A stretch of DNA of 64,000 bases from Macrostomum hystrix (taxonomy: Eukaryota; Animalia; Platyhelminthes): the NCBI GenBank assembly GCA_950097015.1, contig CATNEN010000003.1, forward strand, positions 1,178,001-1,242,000, written 5' to 3'. The notes under the pieces were generated by a model. The model saw nothing but the letters and a program-made list of their open reading frames with translations, was not told where the DNA came from and made no database searches. Shown here in pieces: positions 45,901-57,867 of this stretch. Within the stretch, counting starts at the first letter, position 1; each line of letters opens with the position of its first letter. The position numbers and the translations under genes are program-made.

Positions 45901-48900
45901 AGTGCAGGGCAACAAACTGGACAGAAAGATGGTCGGCATTAAGTATTATTGAGCTAAAGCACTATAGAATTTGGAATTTAATTAGGCTACTCGTAGACTG
46001 ATCCCAGTTCACTTTCGAGTTAAAATGAGCTTTCTTCGTCGTAATCCATCGTATAGCGGATAGCGGAATGAAGGAAACATGCAGTTTCTTTCGGTACATG
46101 AGAAGGGTAAAGTTCCATTAGTTTGTCGATCCCAGAGTTGCATGCCATGGCCGCCAGTTTGACTGCATTTTATATTCTAGCAGTTGAGTTTTATACTGCC
46201 ACGACTGATATTAATTATTTAATTGGCTGGTGTTTGCATGCCAGTGCTGCACAGCTCAGCACACATACGATACAGGAGTAATGAGTATTTAGTTTGCAGT
46301 TTATGAGTAGAGGACTCCACGAATAGTAGCTTAGGACGGTCTCGGAACTCCATAACTGACAATAGGCGACAATTCGAAGAGTTCCTTATAGAGCTTTAAG
46401 GAAGTCCAATTGTGCGTAACCGTTTTTATTATTGTTCTCTCACAGAAGTGTTTGGGAATTCCTCTCGTTCGATTTAGATAATATAACGAACCAATGTGGG
46501 AATTGTACTTACAATTCGTAAGTTTCAATGTCGGAGCAACGTTCGAAGCGAGAAAACAATAATTGTCTCGTGATAGGATTCAACAGCACTTTTGTCAATA
46601 TAAATTGGACACTCTCAATCGACACAAACACTCTGCAATCGACACAAACACTCTGCAATCGACACAAACACTCTGCAATCGACACAAACACTCTGCAATC
46701 GACACAAACACTCTGCAATCGACACAAACACTCTGCAATCGACACAAACACTCTGCAATCGACACAAACACTCTGCAATCGACACAAACACTCTGCAATC
46801 GACACAAACACTCTGCAATCGCCACAAACACTCTGCAATCGACACAAACACTCTGCAATCGACACAAACACTTTGCAATCGACACAAACACTCTGCAATC
46901 GACACAAACACTCTTCAATCGACACAAACGCTCTTCAATCGACACAAACACTCTTCAATCGACACAAACGCTCTGCAATCGACACAACACTCTGCAATCG
47001 ACACAAACGCTCTGCAATCGACACAAACACTCTGCAATCGACACAAACACTCTGCAATCGACACAACACTCTGCAATCGACACAAACGCTCTGCAATTGA
47101 CACACGAAATGTCTTCAGTAGACATAGGTATGAATAGCAAACACAATATTTTATATATCATAGCTTCCAAGTAAAACGTGGTTAACGAGGCGAAGTCAGT
47201 ATACTGTGCAATTTAATCCTACTCTTATATAGGTGACGGTAGATCCCAAAGTGTCGTTCAGTACACACGAGGTCAACCTGTTCCTGGACTCCGGGCCTCG
47301 CTGGGAGTCGTTGGGCTCGGAGTTCATGCACCACATGGTGTCCTACATGCAGGATTACGAGCAGCTGGGCAGAGGCTTCACTCTGTGGCTGAAAGAGCCG
47401 GGGAAGCCATTCGACTCGCTGTCTAAGAGGGTCTTTCTGCAGCCAGGCAGGGTTAGCCGGGTGACGTTCAAGGAGAGGATCGAGTACAAGGTTCAGGGTA
47501 ATTCAAATTCTATTCATTCCTCTGTGTTTTTCTCGTCAAAATATTACCAAATCTAACAGTTGGATGTCTTTGCAACACGAAGGTTGTGCGTCTTTCGCGA
47601 TGGTTCGTCTGTACCTTTTTGATAGAGTTCCATGTCTAGTCTACGAGCTGATGATCGTATCGTTTTGTGACATCTGACGAGAACTTTTGTGTTCATCGTC
47701 GATGGTTCGTGTGTCCATTATCAATGGTTCGCGTGTCCATTATCGATGGTTCGTGTGTCCATTATCGATGGTTCGTGTGTCCATTATCGATGGTTTGTGT
47801 GTCCATTATCGATGGTTGTTCGCGTGTCCATTATCGATGGTTCGTGTGTCCATTATCGATGGTTCGTGTGTCCATTATCGATGGTTTGTGTGTCCATTAT
47901 CGATGGTTTGTGTGTCCATTATCGATGGTTTGTGTGTCCATTATCGATGGTTCCTGTGTCCATTATCAATGGTTTGTGTGTCCATTATCGATGGTTCGTG
48001 TGTCCATTATCGATGGTTCGTGTGTCCATTATCGATGGTTCGTGTGTCCATTATCGATGGTTTGTGTGTCCATTATCGATGGTTGTTCGCGTGTCCATTA
48101 TCGATGGTTCGTGTGTCCATTATCGATGGTTCGTGTGTCCATTATCGATGGTTTGTGTGTCCATTATCGATGGTTTGTGTGTCCATTATCGATGGTTTGT
48201 GTGTCCATTATCGATGGTTTGTGTGTCCATTATCGATGGTTCGTGTGTCCATTATCAATGGTTCGCGTGTCCATTATCGATGGTTCGTGTGTCCATTATC
48301 GATGGTTCGTGTGTCCATTATCGATGGTTTGTGTGTCCATTATCGATGGTTGTTCGCGTGTCCATTATCGATGGTTCGTGTGTCCATTATCGATGGTTCG
48401 TGTGTCCATTATCGATGGTTTGTGTGTCCATTATCGATGGTTTGTGTGTCCATTATCGATGGTTTGTGTGTCCATTATCGATGGTTCGTGTGTCCATTAT
48501 CAATGGTTTGTGTGTCCATTATCGATGGTTCGTGTGTCCATTATCGATGGTTTGTGTGTCCATTATCGATGGTTCGTGTGTCCATTATCAATGGTTTGTG
48601 TGTCCATTATCGATGGTTCGTGTGTCCATTATCGATGGTTTGTGTGTCCATTATCGATGGTTCGTGTGTCCATTATCGATGGTTCGTGTGTCCATTATCA
48701 ATGGTTCGTGTGTCCATTATCGATGGTTCGTGTGTCCATTATCAATGGTTCGTGTGTCCATTATCGATGGTTCGTGTGTCCATTATCGATGGTTCGTGTG
48801 TCCATTATCGATGGTTGTTCGTGTGTCCATTATCGATGGTTCGTGTGTCCATTATCGATGGTTGTTCGTGTGTCCATTATCGATGGTTCGTGTGTTCATT

Positions 48901-50593
48901 ATCGATGGTTCGTGTGTCCATTATCGATGGTTCGTGTGTCCATTATCGATGGTTGTTCGTGTGTCCATTATCGATGGTTCGTGTGTCCATTATCGATGGT
49001 TGTTCGCGTGTCCATTATCGATGGTTCGTGTGTCCATTATCGATGGTTGTTCGTGTGTCCATTATCGATGGTTCGTGTGTCCATTATCGATGGTTGTTCG
49101 TGTGTCCATTATCGATGGTTCGTGTGTCCATTATCGATGGTTGTTCGTGTGTCCATTATCGATGGTTGTTCGTGTGTCCATTATCGATGGTTCGTGTGTT
49201 CATTATCGATGGTTCGTGTGTCCATTATCGATGGTTCGTGTGTTCATTGTCAGGTGTTTGTAGAATCGCATTATAGTACGAGTACGACTTCCTGCTTCGG
49301 AAAAACCTTAATTTCAAACCATTCCATGAAACTCGCCCCTGCTACTACCAATGCTCAGGTCCGTATCCAGGCACCTGTGAGCCCAGCCCCGACTACTCTC
49401 AGCAACAGTGCAGTATGGGCGCTTTTGTGAGACACGTCCAACAACAGTGCCGTTGCAATTATTACGAGGAGCGATCCCACTGGGAGCCGCAGCTTCCCCA
49501 TTGCACCGAATTGTTGGACAATCTAACCCTGTCGCTGTTGCAGAGCCGCTGCGTTGAACAGGTGGAGCACAACTACAGCCAGCGACCCCAAAGTCCTTGT
49601 CCGGTGAGCATTGGGAGACTATTCTGAGCCAATCAGAGATGAGCCTGTCTGAGCCAATCAGAGATGAGCCTGTCTGAGCCAATCAGAGATGATCCTGTCT
49701 GAGCCAATCAGAGATGAGCCTTTCTAAGCCAATCAGAGATGAGTCTGTCTGAGCCAATCAGAAAGAAGCAAGTCTAGGTCATGCCAATCAGGATGAAGGG
49801 ATTTAAAACGATTCAGTAGAAATATGTTTGTAAGCGACTGAGATTATTAAAGGAGAAAAAGAAACATGATTATTCAATAGCCAATAATATCTTAATTGGT
49901 TTGCAGGTTCCCTGTCGCAAGAACCTGTTTAACATGGACGTCAGCAGCTCAGATTTGGATCTGCCGCTTTGGTTTCTGTGCTTCCTACAGCGTCCGGTGC
50001 TTTCTAGCGTCAATGCTACGCACAGAGTGCATTAGTGAGCGACGGATTCTGTGAAACTCGAGTGCTTTTCTGAGATCAGTACAGAACGTTAGTGATTAGC
50101 CATCTCTTGCACCCCCCATTTCCGCCTGCTTAGTTGCCTAGACAACGCCAGTCGATGCAGCGAATACGCCACAGACATAATTCGCTACATCAGCACCAGC
50201 TCGGACAATGTGAGCGCAGTCACACAGGTGCTGGACAACTGTAATCGCTCACTGTTTGTCAATGTGCCACTGGACCAGGTGGTCAGTGTTGTTCTTTACC
50301 GGGGCGGTGAATTGCCCGCAGTGCTTCGGCAGCAGTACATCGTCACACCGTCGCTTCTGTTCAGTCAAATTGGTGGCGCCTCGAGCCTCTACCTGGGCCT
50401 GTCACTCACCTTCTTTGCCGAAATCATCGACTGGCTGATCAGGCTGGCTAATTGGTTTCGCTGCGGTAGAACCACCAGAAACACAGCCGCCAACGACGAG
50501 GAAGATGGTCGAGTGATACTTCCGCAGCAGGTGGAGCTAAATATGGTCGATGGCAGCTTGCGCGATGCTGACGAAAAAGCCGCGGCTTTGTAG
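42995..50593 (+). CDS. DEG/ENaC (amiloride-sensitive sodium channel family) subunit; exons 42995-43648, 47233-47497, 49359-49603, 49907-50034, 50134-50593
   Basis: TM1 LFWAAVCIGSLLLLVVHL, FPDTVIC, Cys-rich thumb PYPGTC..YSQQQC..CRC..CPVPC, TM2 SQIGGASSLYLGLSLTFFAEI; introns are GT-AG and phase-consistent. Confidence 0.9.
44575..45645 (+). repeat. 30-bp minisatellite (GGGTGTGAGACCAGTCCTCACAGTGTCAGT)n
   Basis: Tandem array in DEG/ENaC intron 1. Confidence 0.98.
46616..47105 (+). repeat. 20-bp minisatellite (GACACAAACACTCTGCAATC)n
   Basis: Tandem array in DEG/ENaC intron 1. Confidence 0.98.
47698..49250 (+). repeat. 22-bp minisatellite (GATGGTTCGTGTGTCCATTATC)n with 25-bp variants
   Basis: Tandem array in DEG/ENaC intron 2. 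Confidence 0.98.
49624..49762 (+). repeat. 25-bp minisatellite (CTGAGCCAATCAGAGATGAGCCTGT)n
   Basis: 5-6 units in DEG/ENaC intron 3. Confidence 0.95.
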
Positions 50594-50611
50594 AAGGCAG
50601 TGACTGTGCTC

Positions 50612-51918
50612 GGAGGTCTGTGCCTCTCAATGGGAGGTCTGTGTCTCTCAGTGGGATGTCTGTGTCTCTCAGTGGGAGGTCTGTGTCTCTCAGTGGGAGG
50701 TCTTTGTCTCTCAGAGGGAGGTCTGTGTCTCTCAATGGGAGGTCTGTGTCTCTCTGTGGGAGGTCTGTGTCTCTCAGTGGGATGTCTGTGTCTCTCAGTG
50801 GGAGGTCTGTGTCTCTCAGTGGGAGGTCTTTGTCTCTCAGAGGGAGGTCTGTGTCTCTCAATGGGAGGTCTGTGTCTCTCAGTGGGATGTCTGTGTCTCT
50901 CAGTGGGAGGTCTGTGTCTCTCAGTGGGAGGTCTTTGTCTCTCAGAGGGGTCTTTGTCTCTCAGTGGGAGGTCTTTGTCACTCAGTGGGAGGTCTGTGTC
51001 TCTCAGTGGGATGTCTGTGTCTCTCAGTGGGAGGTCTGTGTCTCTCAGTGGGAGGTCTTTGTCTCTCAGAGGGGTCTTTGTCTCTCAGTGGGAGGTCTTT
51101 GTCACTCAGTGGGAGGTCTGTGTCTCTCTGTGGGAGGTCTGTGTCTTTCTGTGGGAGGTCTTTGTCACTCAGTGGGAGGTCTGTGTCTTTCTGTGGGAGG
51201 TCTAGTGTGTCTCTCAATGGGAGGTCTGTGTCTCTCTGTGGGAGGTCTGTGTCTCTCAGTGGGATGTCTGTGTCTCTCTGTGGGAGGTCTGTGTCTTTCT
51301 GTGGGAGGTCTTTGTCACTCAGTGGGAGGTCTGTGTCTTTCTGTGGGAGGTCTAGTGTGTCTCTCTGTGGGAGGTCTGTGTCTTTCTGTGGGAGGTCTTT
51401 GTCTCTCTGTGGGAGGTCTGTGTCTTTCTGTGGGAGGTCTAGTGTGTCTCTCTGTGGGAGGTCTTTGTCTCTCTGTGGGAGGTCTGTGTCTTTCTGTGGG
51501 AGGTCTAGTGTGTCTCTCTGTGGGAGGTCTGTGTCTCTCTGTGGGAGGTCTTTGTCTCTCTGTGGGAGGTCTGTGTCTCTCTGTGGGAGGTCTGTGTCTC
51601 TCTGTGGGAGGTCTGTGTCTCTCTGTGGGTGGTCTGTGTCTCTCTGTGGGAGGTCTGTGTCTCTCTGTGGGATGTCTGTGTCTCTCTGTGGGAGGTCTGT
51701 GTCTCTCTGTGGGAGGTCTAGTGTGTCTCTCTGTGGGAGGTCTGTGTCTCTCTGTGGGATGTCTGTGTCTCTCTGTGGGAGGTCTGTGTCTCTCTGTGGG
51801 ATGTCTGTGTCTCTCTGTGGGAGGTCTGTGTCTCTCTGTGGGAGGTCTGTGTCTCTCTGTGGGAGTTCTGTGTCTCTCAGTGGGAGGTCTGTGTCTCTTA
51901 GTGGGAGGTCTGTGTCTC
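50612..51918 (+). repeat. 21-bp minisatellite (GTGGGAGGTCTGTGTCTCTCA/T)n
   Basis: Tandem array starting just after the DEG/ENaC stop codon. Confidence 0.98.
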
Positions 51919-52390
51919 TGATAACGGTCATTGTCTGTCTTCGTGAGGTCTTTTTTGGTCTGTCAGTCTAGCTTTGGTCTGTGTCTGTCCTTAAGTCTGG
52001 TCAGAAGCAGAAACAATGACCCGGAAAAATTCTGGGTCATCGTTTCTTATCAAACTATTTTTAAATCAATTTCCTACTCATGTTCAATTTTCCTCGCACA
52101 AATTTAATTATTTAGAAAATTATACTCAGTTTTTCAAAGCATTATTTTTATTCAACATTTCGCATGCGTTATCTACAAGGTGCACTATCTAAAAGTAATT
52201 ACAACTTTTACCCTAATTTTTTCGTTACTACTACTACTAAAAGTAATTCACAATTGAAATCTGTAAGGTGCATGCGAATTAAGAAATATATATATTGCGT
52301 AAAAGCGCACGCCACTGACGTAATTTCTTATATTTTTCTGAAAATAGCGAAATAAACTTTTTGTGTAGCCATTTTTACAGTTTGGAACAT

Positions 52391-53610
52391 TCTGAGATCT
52401 GAAGGACCAGATTTCTGAGATCTGAAGGACCAGATTTCTGAGATCTGAAGGACCAGATTTCTGAGATCTGAAGGACCAGATTTCTGAGATCTGAAGGACC
52501 AGATTTCTGAGATCTGAAGGACCAGATTTCTAAGATTTGAAGGACCAGATTTCCGAGATCTGAAGGACCAGATTTCTGAGATCTGAAGGACCAGATTTCT
52601 GAGATCTGAAGGACCAGATTTCTGAGATCTGAAGGACCAGATTTCTGAGATCTGAAGGACCAGATTTCTGAGATCTGAAGGACCAGATTTCTGAGATCTG
52701 AAGGACCAGATTTCTGAGATTTGAAGGACCAGATTTCTGAGATTTGAAGGACCAGATTTCTGAGATTTGAAGGACCAGATTTCTGAGATTTGAAGGACCA
52801 GATTTCTATGAACTGAATGACCAGATTTCTATGAACTGAAGGACCAGATTTCTGAGATCTGAAGGACCAGATTTCTGAGATCTGAAGGACCAGATTTCTG
52901 AGATCTGAAGGACCAGATTTCTGAGATCTGAAGGACCAGATTTCTGAGATCTGAAGGACCAGATTTCTGAGATCTGAAGGACCAGATTTCTGAGATCTGA
53001 AGGACCAGATTTCTGAGATCTGAAGGACCAGATTTCTATGAACTGAATGACCAGATTTCTATGAACTGAAGGACCAGATTTCTATGAACTAAATGACCAG
53101 ATATCTATGAACTGAAGGACCAGATTTCTATGAACTGAAGGACCAGATTTCTATGAACTGAAGGACCAGATTTCTATGAACTGAAGGACCAGATATCTAT
53201 GAACTGAAGGACCAGATTTCTGAGATCTGAAGGACCAGATTTCTGAGATCTGAAGGACCAGATTTCTGAGATCTGAAGGACCAGATTTCTGAGATCTGAA
53301 GGACCAGATTTCTGAGATCTGAAGGACCAGATTTCTGAGATCTGAAGGACCAGATATCTATGAATTAAATGACCAGATTTCTATGAACTGAATGACCAGA
53401 TATCTATGAATTAAATGACCAGGTTCTATGAACTGAAGGACCAGATATCTATGAATTAAATGACCAGATTTCTATGAACTGAATGACCAGATATCTATGA
53501 ATTAAATGACCAGGTTCTATGAACTGAAGGACCAGATATCTATGAACTGAAGGACCAGATTTCTATGAACTGAAGGACCAGATATCTATGAATTGAATGA
53601 CCAGATTTCA
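52391..53610 (+). repeat. 23-bp minisatellite (TCTGAGATCTGAAGGACCAGATT)n with a second variant class
   Basis: Tandem array. Confidence 0.98.
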
Positions 53611-54270
53611 ATGAATTGATGAATTAGATTGCAAGAAATTAATGAACCAGAATTCAAGAATTTTTATGAATTAAGCCACAAATGCTTTTTTATTGTTTTC
53701 ATTTTAGGACACATTCCAATCCTTTTGTAATCTCCAACAAACCAATTGGAACTCGTAGGTCGTGGCGCAGAGTAATGCTAAACAGTTTTTCAGAGACACT
53801 CAGTTTTAACAGAATATTTTGATTGTGGCCTTTGATTGACAGGTAGTTGATAAAAATATGTAAGAAATTGAAGGTCACATAAAATAGTGTCTTATCATAC
53901 GTTTTGAGATTGAGTTCTCATATATAAGCTGTAAAATGGTCTACTATTTGAGGCCATGTTCAAGAAATCTAGCTAATGGTATTGAAGGATCACTGATAGC
54001 AGAACAAATTTTATATGCAACTCTACATGAATGTCGCTGATCCAGTGCAATTAAACAAACAAAACTGATTGTGCTTGTATTAGAAAATTTTGCGTTAAGA
54101 AAAAGCATTACGGAACACCCAAGAACTAAGGTAATAACAATTTCATACTATGGCCTCATTAAGAAATTAATTCATATAGTCTCAAAATATAAAGCGTGTT
54201 TGATTCATTTAGGCATTACATTGTTCGATAGATTTACCTGTTAGACACTATAGAATCCCCTGTTATAGTA

Positions 54271-54634
54271 AATAAAAATAATTGCAGGAGGGCTGCAGGC
54301 AATGGCATATTCATCTGGTGACACTAGACCCGCAGCCAGCGAGGAGGCAATTCTGCCCATTTCGCTGACTCCTGAGCGCACACGCACACAGATACTGTAC
54401 GCAGGCACATGCTCACACAGGTGTGTACATCTGGCCTGACTTTCTCATCGTCAGGTTGTGTGTACTTTCATTGTGCCAATCGGAGGTTGGCTATTAAGGG
54501 CGTAAATTGCACGAACCCCCAAGCCTGCTCGATCCTCGACTGCGCCCCAAATGAATGTGGCCTCGCCGCGGAATCGAGCTCAGGCTCCTTGGTTCGAGAG
54601 ACAGACGCGTTAGACCTGCTCTGCCACTTTCCCC
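54271..54634 (-). mobile_element. tRNA-derived SINE family 1, near full length
   Basis: Reverse strand begins ggggaaagtggcagagcaggtctaacgcg (A box), then gagctcgattcc (B box) and an AT-rich tail; body shared with at least 6 other loci in the window. Confidence 0.85.
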
Positions 54635-54949
54635 TGAACTACCTGTTGGATAGTGGAGAACAACGTGTTAGACTGGGAGGAGAAACAACGTTATATATAC
54701 TTCGGAATACATGTTGGACACACGTATCATAATTATTTAGCCAATTCCTATAGGTGCAAATGAAAACTTACGTGCACTCCAGGGTCACATTTAATGTCAA
54801 GTAGAATGAGGGGTCTGTATGATGTACCTGTACTAAGTTTCAATAAATAAATTAAAAATTCTTCTCGCCACAGGTCACGCCCAGAAGAAGTCACAAGGAT
54901 TCCGCAGTTCAGAGAGTATTCACGGTCCAAAGTGTCGCTTCAAAACCAT

Positions 54950-55839
54950 ATGTCGACAACGCAGCAGCCGGGTGTCAGCCATGCATCATCGAAGCGTCGA
55001 ATTCTGATAGCGATGGATGGCAGTCTCTACAGCAGGCGAGCTTTGGAATGGTACGCCGGGTTCCTGGACCGCAGCGGCGACTTTCTTGTCTTCGTCTACG
55101 TCGCCGAGCCGCCGCCAGTTGGTGTCGGCGACGGCATCGGCATGATCCGGTCGGCGGAGCTGTTTCAAACTCGCCTGGAGGCGATGGTGCAGCGAGCCAG
55201 GTTAGGGAGAACATCGATAGCTTCCACATTTCCCACCTCATAGACATGAAGGAAATCTCCACTATTGAATTAGCTAATTTAAATCGCTCCTGCAGCTTGC
55301 CGATATTATAACACTTGGCAAATCCCTATACCCGTGAGCTGAAAACTAACCATGAATAAACTTATCCTATTATCTTGCCAAAAATCGTACTCAAACATAG
55401 TTCTTAAATTCCACCAAGATTTCACAAAATTAAATTCACATGGTCCGTAAAAACTTTCAATTATATTAGGCAGATGGCAATTCTTCTAGATGAGAAGTGC
55501 ATCCAGTTGGGCATCGAGCGGCCCTACAAATTCCTAGAATGCTTCGACTATAATGTCGGCGCAGCCATTGTCGCAGCTGCCGTACAAGAAGACGTCGATC
55601 TGGTCTTGATGGGCAATCGCGGCGTCAACTCACTGCGTAAAACCTTCATTGGCAGCGTGTCGAAGTATGTCCTGCATCATTCCAGTGTTCCAGTGATCAT
55701 CGTTCCGCTTAAGCCAGAGCCACGAAACTCTCTAGCTAGCACAGACACAACTTGGACAAGCTCCTCTTCGGAGTCTTCGTTGTCGACTTTCCCGGAGAGC
55801 TCCATTTATAGCAGCAATGCCGATGAACGAGATCTTTAG
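54950..55839 (+). CDS. Universal stress protein (UspA-like); exons 54950-55200, 55470-55839
   Basis: RRILIAMDGS..SRRALEW; MGNRGVNSLRKTFIGSVSKYVLHHSSVPVIIVP fits the G-2x-G-9x-GS ATP-binding motif; phase-2 GT-AG intron. Confidence 0.93.
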
Positions 55840-57867
55840 TTTAAAATTCGTACAATACATGCAGTCCAGCTTCTTCTATACAAATGTTGCTTATAAAGAG
55901 TATTTTAAATCAGATTTCGAAATTCATGCAGCTCAACAGACTGCTTGTCTGCATCAATGTGTTATTAAAAAGAAATACAAGTAAAATGTTAATTTTGTAT
56001 TTTGAAATAAAAAAACCTGGACAACAGCTAGTTAACGTCGAATTACAAACCACCAACAAGTGTTAATCTACTGGAGCAGTTGAAATTTAACAAATTAGTT
56101 ATAGATGCTTATGATCACAGCACTGTAGAAAAGTAAATTTAGTGGTGGTCAAGATGCAGCTGACTATTTTCTAGCTGATTTTATACGAATTAGTTTCTAT
56201 TATTTTTGGTGAGTTAAACTGAAGAACGGTTTCGCGTAATGAATCGAAAGGTAAAAATATAAATTTTAAGTGTTTTCTAAGAAAAGGAAGTACGAGTACA
56301 ATAATAATATGTGCTAATAATAATATTATTTTTAATAAGCACAAATGGCTATCGTCGTGGATTAAAAAAATACGAAACACAGGACTAAAAGTAGGCCTAC
56401 TCTAATCGCTAGCTTTTAAAAAAACTGACTACCACTATTCCACAAGAAGATGTGACACTCGGACCGTCGGGTCCTAGCTCACACTCAGTTGTGTATTAGA
56501 CTTTCTTTGTGTTATGTGTCATACCAGCTCGTGTACATCACGAGAATTTGTATATCTTGACTTGAACTTCGAACATTAAGTATATAGCTGCACCATTCGA
56601 AAGTGGCTAAATAGAAAAATTAAAAAAACATGGTGGACTCTGGAGAAGAGTTGGTTGTGCTAGACCTAGTCTGCAAAAGTGTTGTTTTTTCGTAGGCCCT
56701 GTTTGTAAGTAGTCAACATTAATTATTCCCTGCCTAGTATGCTAGTAGGATCCTGAAACATTTGTAAAATTTTTCATCCTAATTCTGTGATTTAGCCTTT
56801 AGAGTCAATAATTTAAACTCGCTGTTGATTAAAAATGTATTGTAGATTTTACTGCTGAGTGAGTAAAATTCTTGGCTCTTTGTCAGAGTACAACCCTTTA
56901 TTACCCTCTGGATTTAGTGGGTAATAAATAGCCAAAGGGGCTATAGGATTGATATATAAAATATTGTGCACACACATCCTATTCCTAATTTACATTTTAA
57001 GCTAACCTTTCCTCCTCTATCCAGAGGCACCCAAAGCATAAGCCATCCTCTCCAGTCTGAATCACAGGCCAACTTAACATTTTTGGGCCTTTTGTATATT
57101 TGTCTGAAGACTCAAAAAGTAAATCCTTTATGAATGGCTAAGCAAGGAACCTTCTAGCCTAGATTCTAGAAAAAAGGGATATGTATCAATGTATGGAATA
57201 GTTTTTATAAATATTTTGGCCACATTAGCATCAAAAGATGTAGGTGCAATAAAGAGGCCGCAATAAAGATAGATTTGGCCTGTGAGCCTGAGTTTGCATA
57301 GGCTAATACCTGGTGTATACTAAGAATAGCTAATCTATGTTTTATCAGAACATTGTTGTGTAAAATATTGCTAGAATGCAATATGGATGTTTGAAATCAA
57401 TTGTGAAATACTTGTTATCTATTTTAAGCTATCATTTTTATCATTTTTATGCATAATAAATAGTACCATCATTTATAAATCAGATTAGGATTGATCTATG
57501 ATTCTATAAAAGATTAAAAACACAGTAATATGTTTACTATAACAAAACTTAACTAACTGTAAAGGACAGATAAAACAGCAAATATTCTTTGCACATATTG
57601 AATATGATTATAAATTTATTTTAAAATATTTTTGACGGAAACAACGTGTCTAACCTATTGACTAAAATCAAGCTTTTGCATCTAATGATAACTCCATATG
57701 CATGTCTAGTATTCTAAGCTCAGTAAATTGTTTTCTAAATTCTACCTAGAGCAAAAAAGCTGGAGAAACTAATTGTTATCATCCAAGTAGTAGTCTGTCC
57801 ACTGCCCTGAATAATAACTAACTTGTACACCTACTCTGCAGCCATCTATCAATTAGCTGTGTACAAT

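Noticed and set aside
44608-51971. Numerous Cys-rich repeat ORFs
   Set aside because: Translations of minisatellites lying in introns of, or downstream from, the DEG/ENaC gene.
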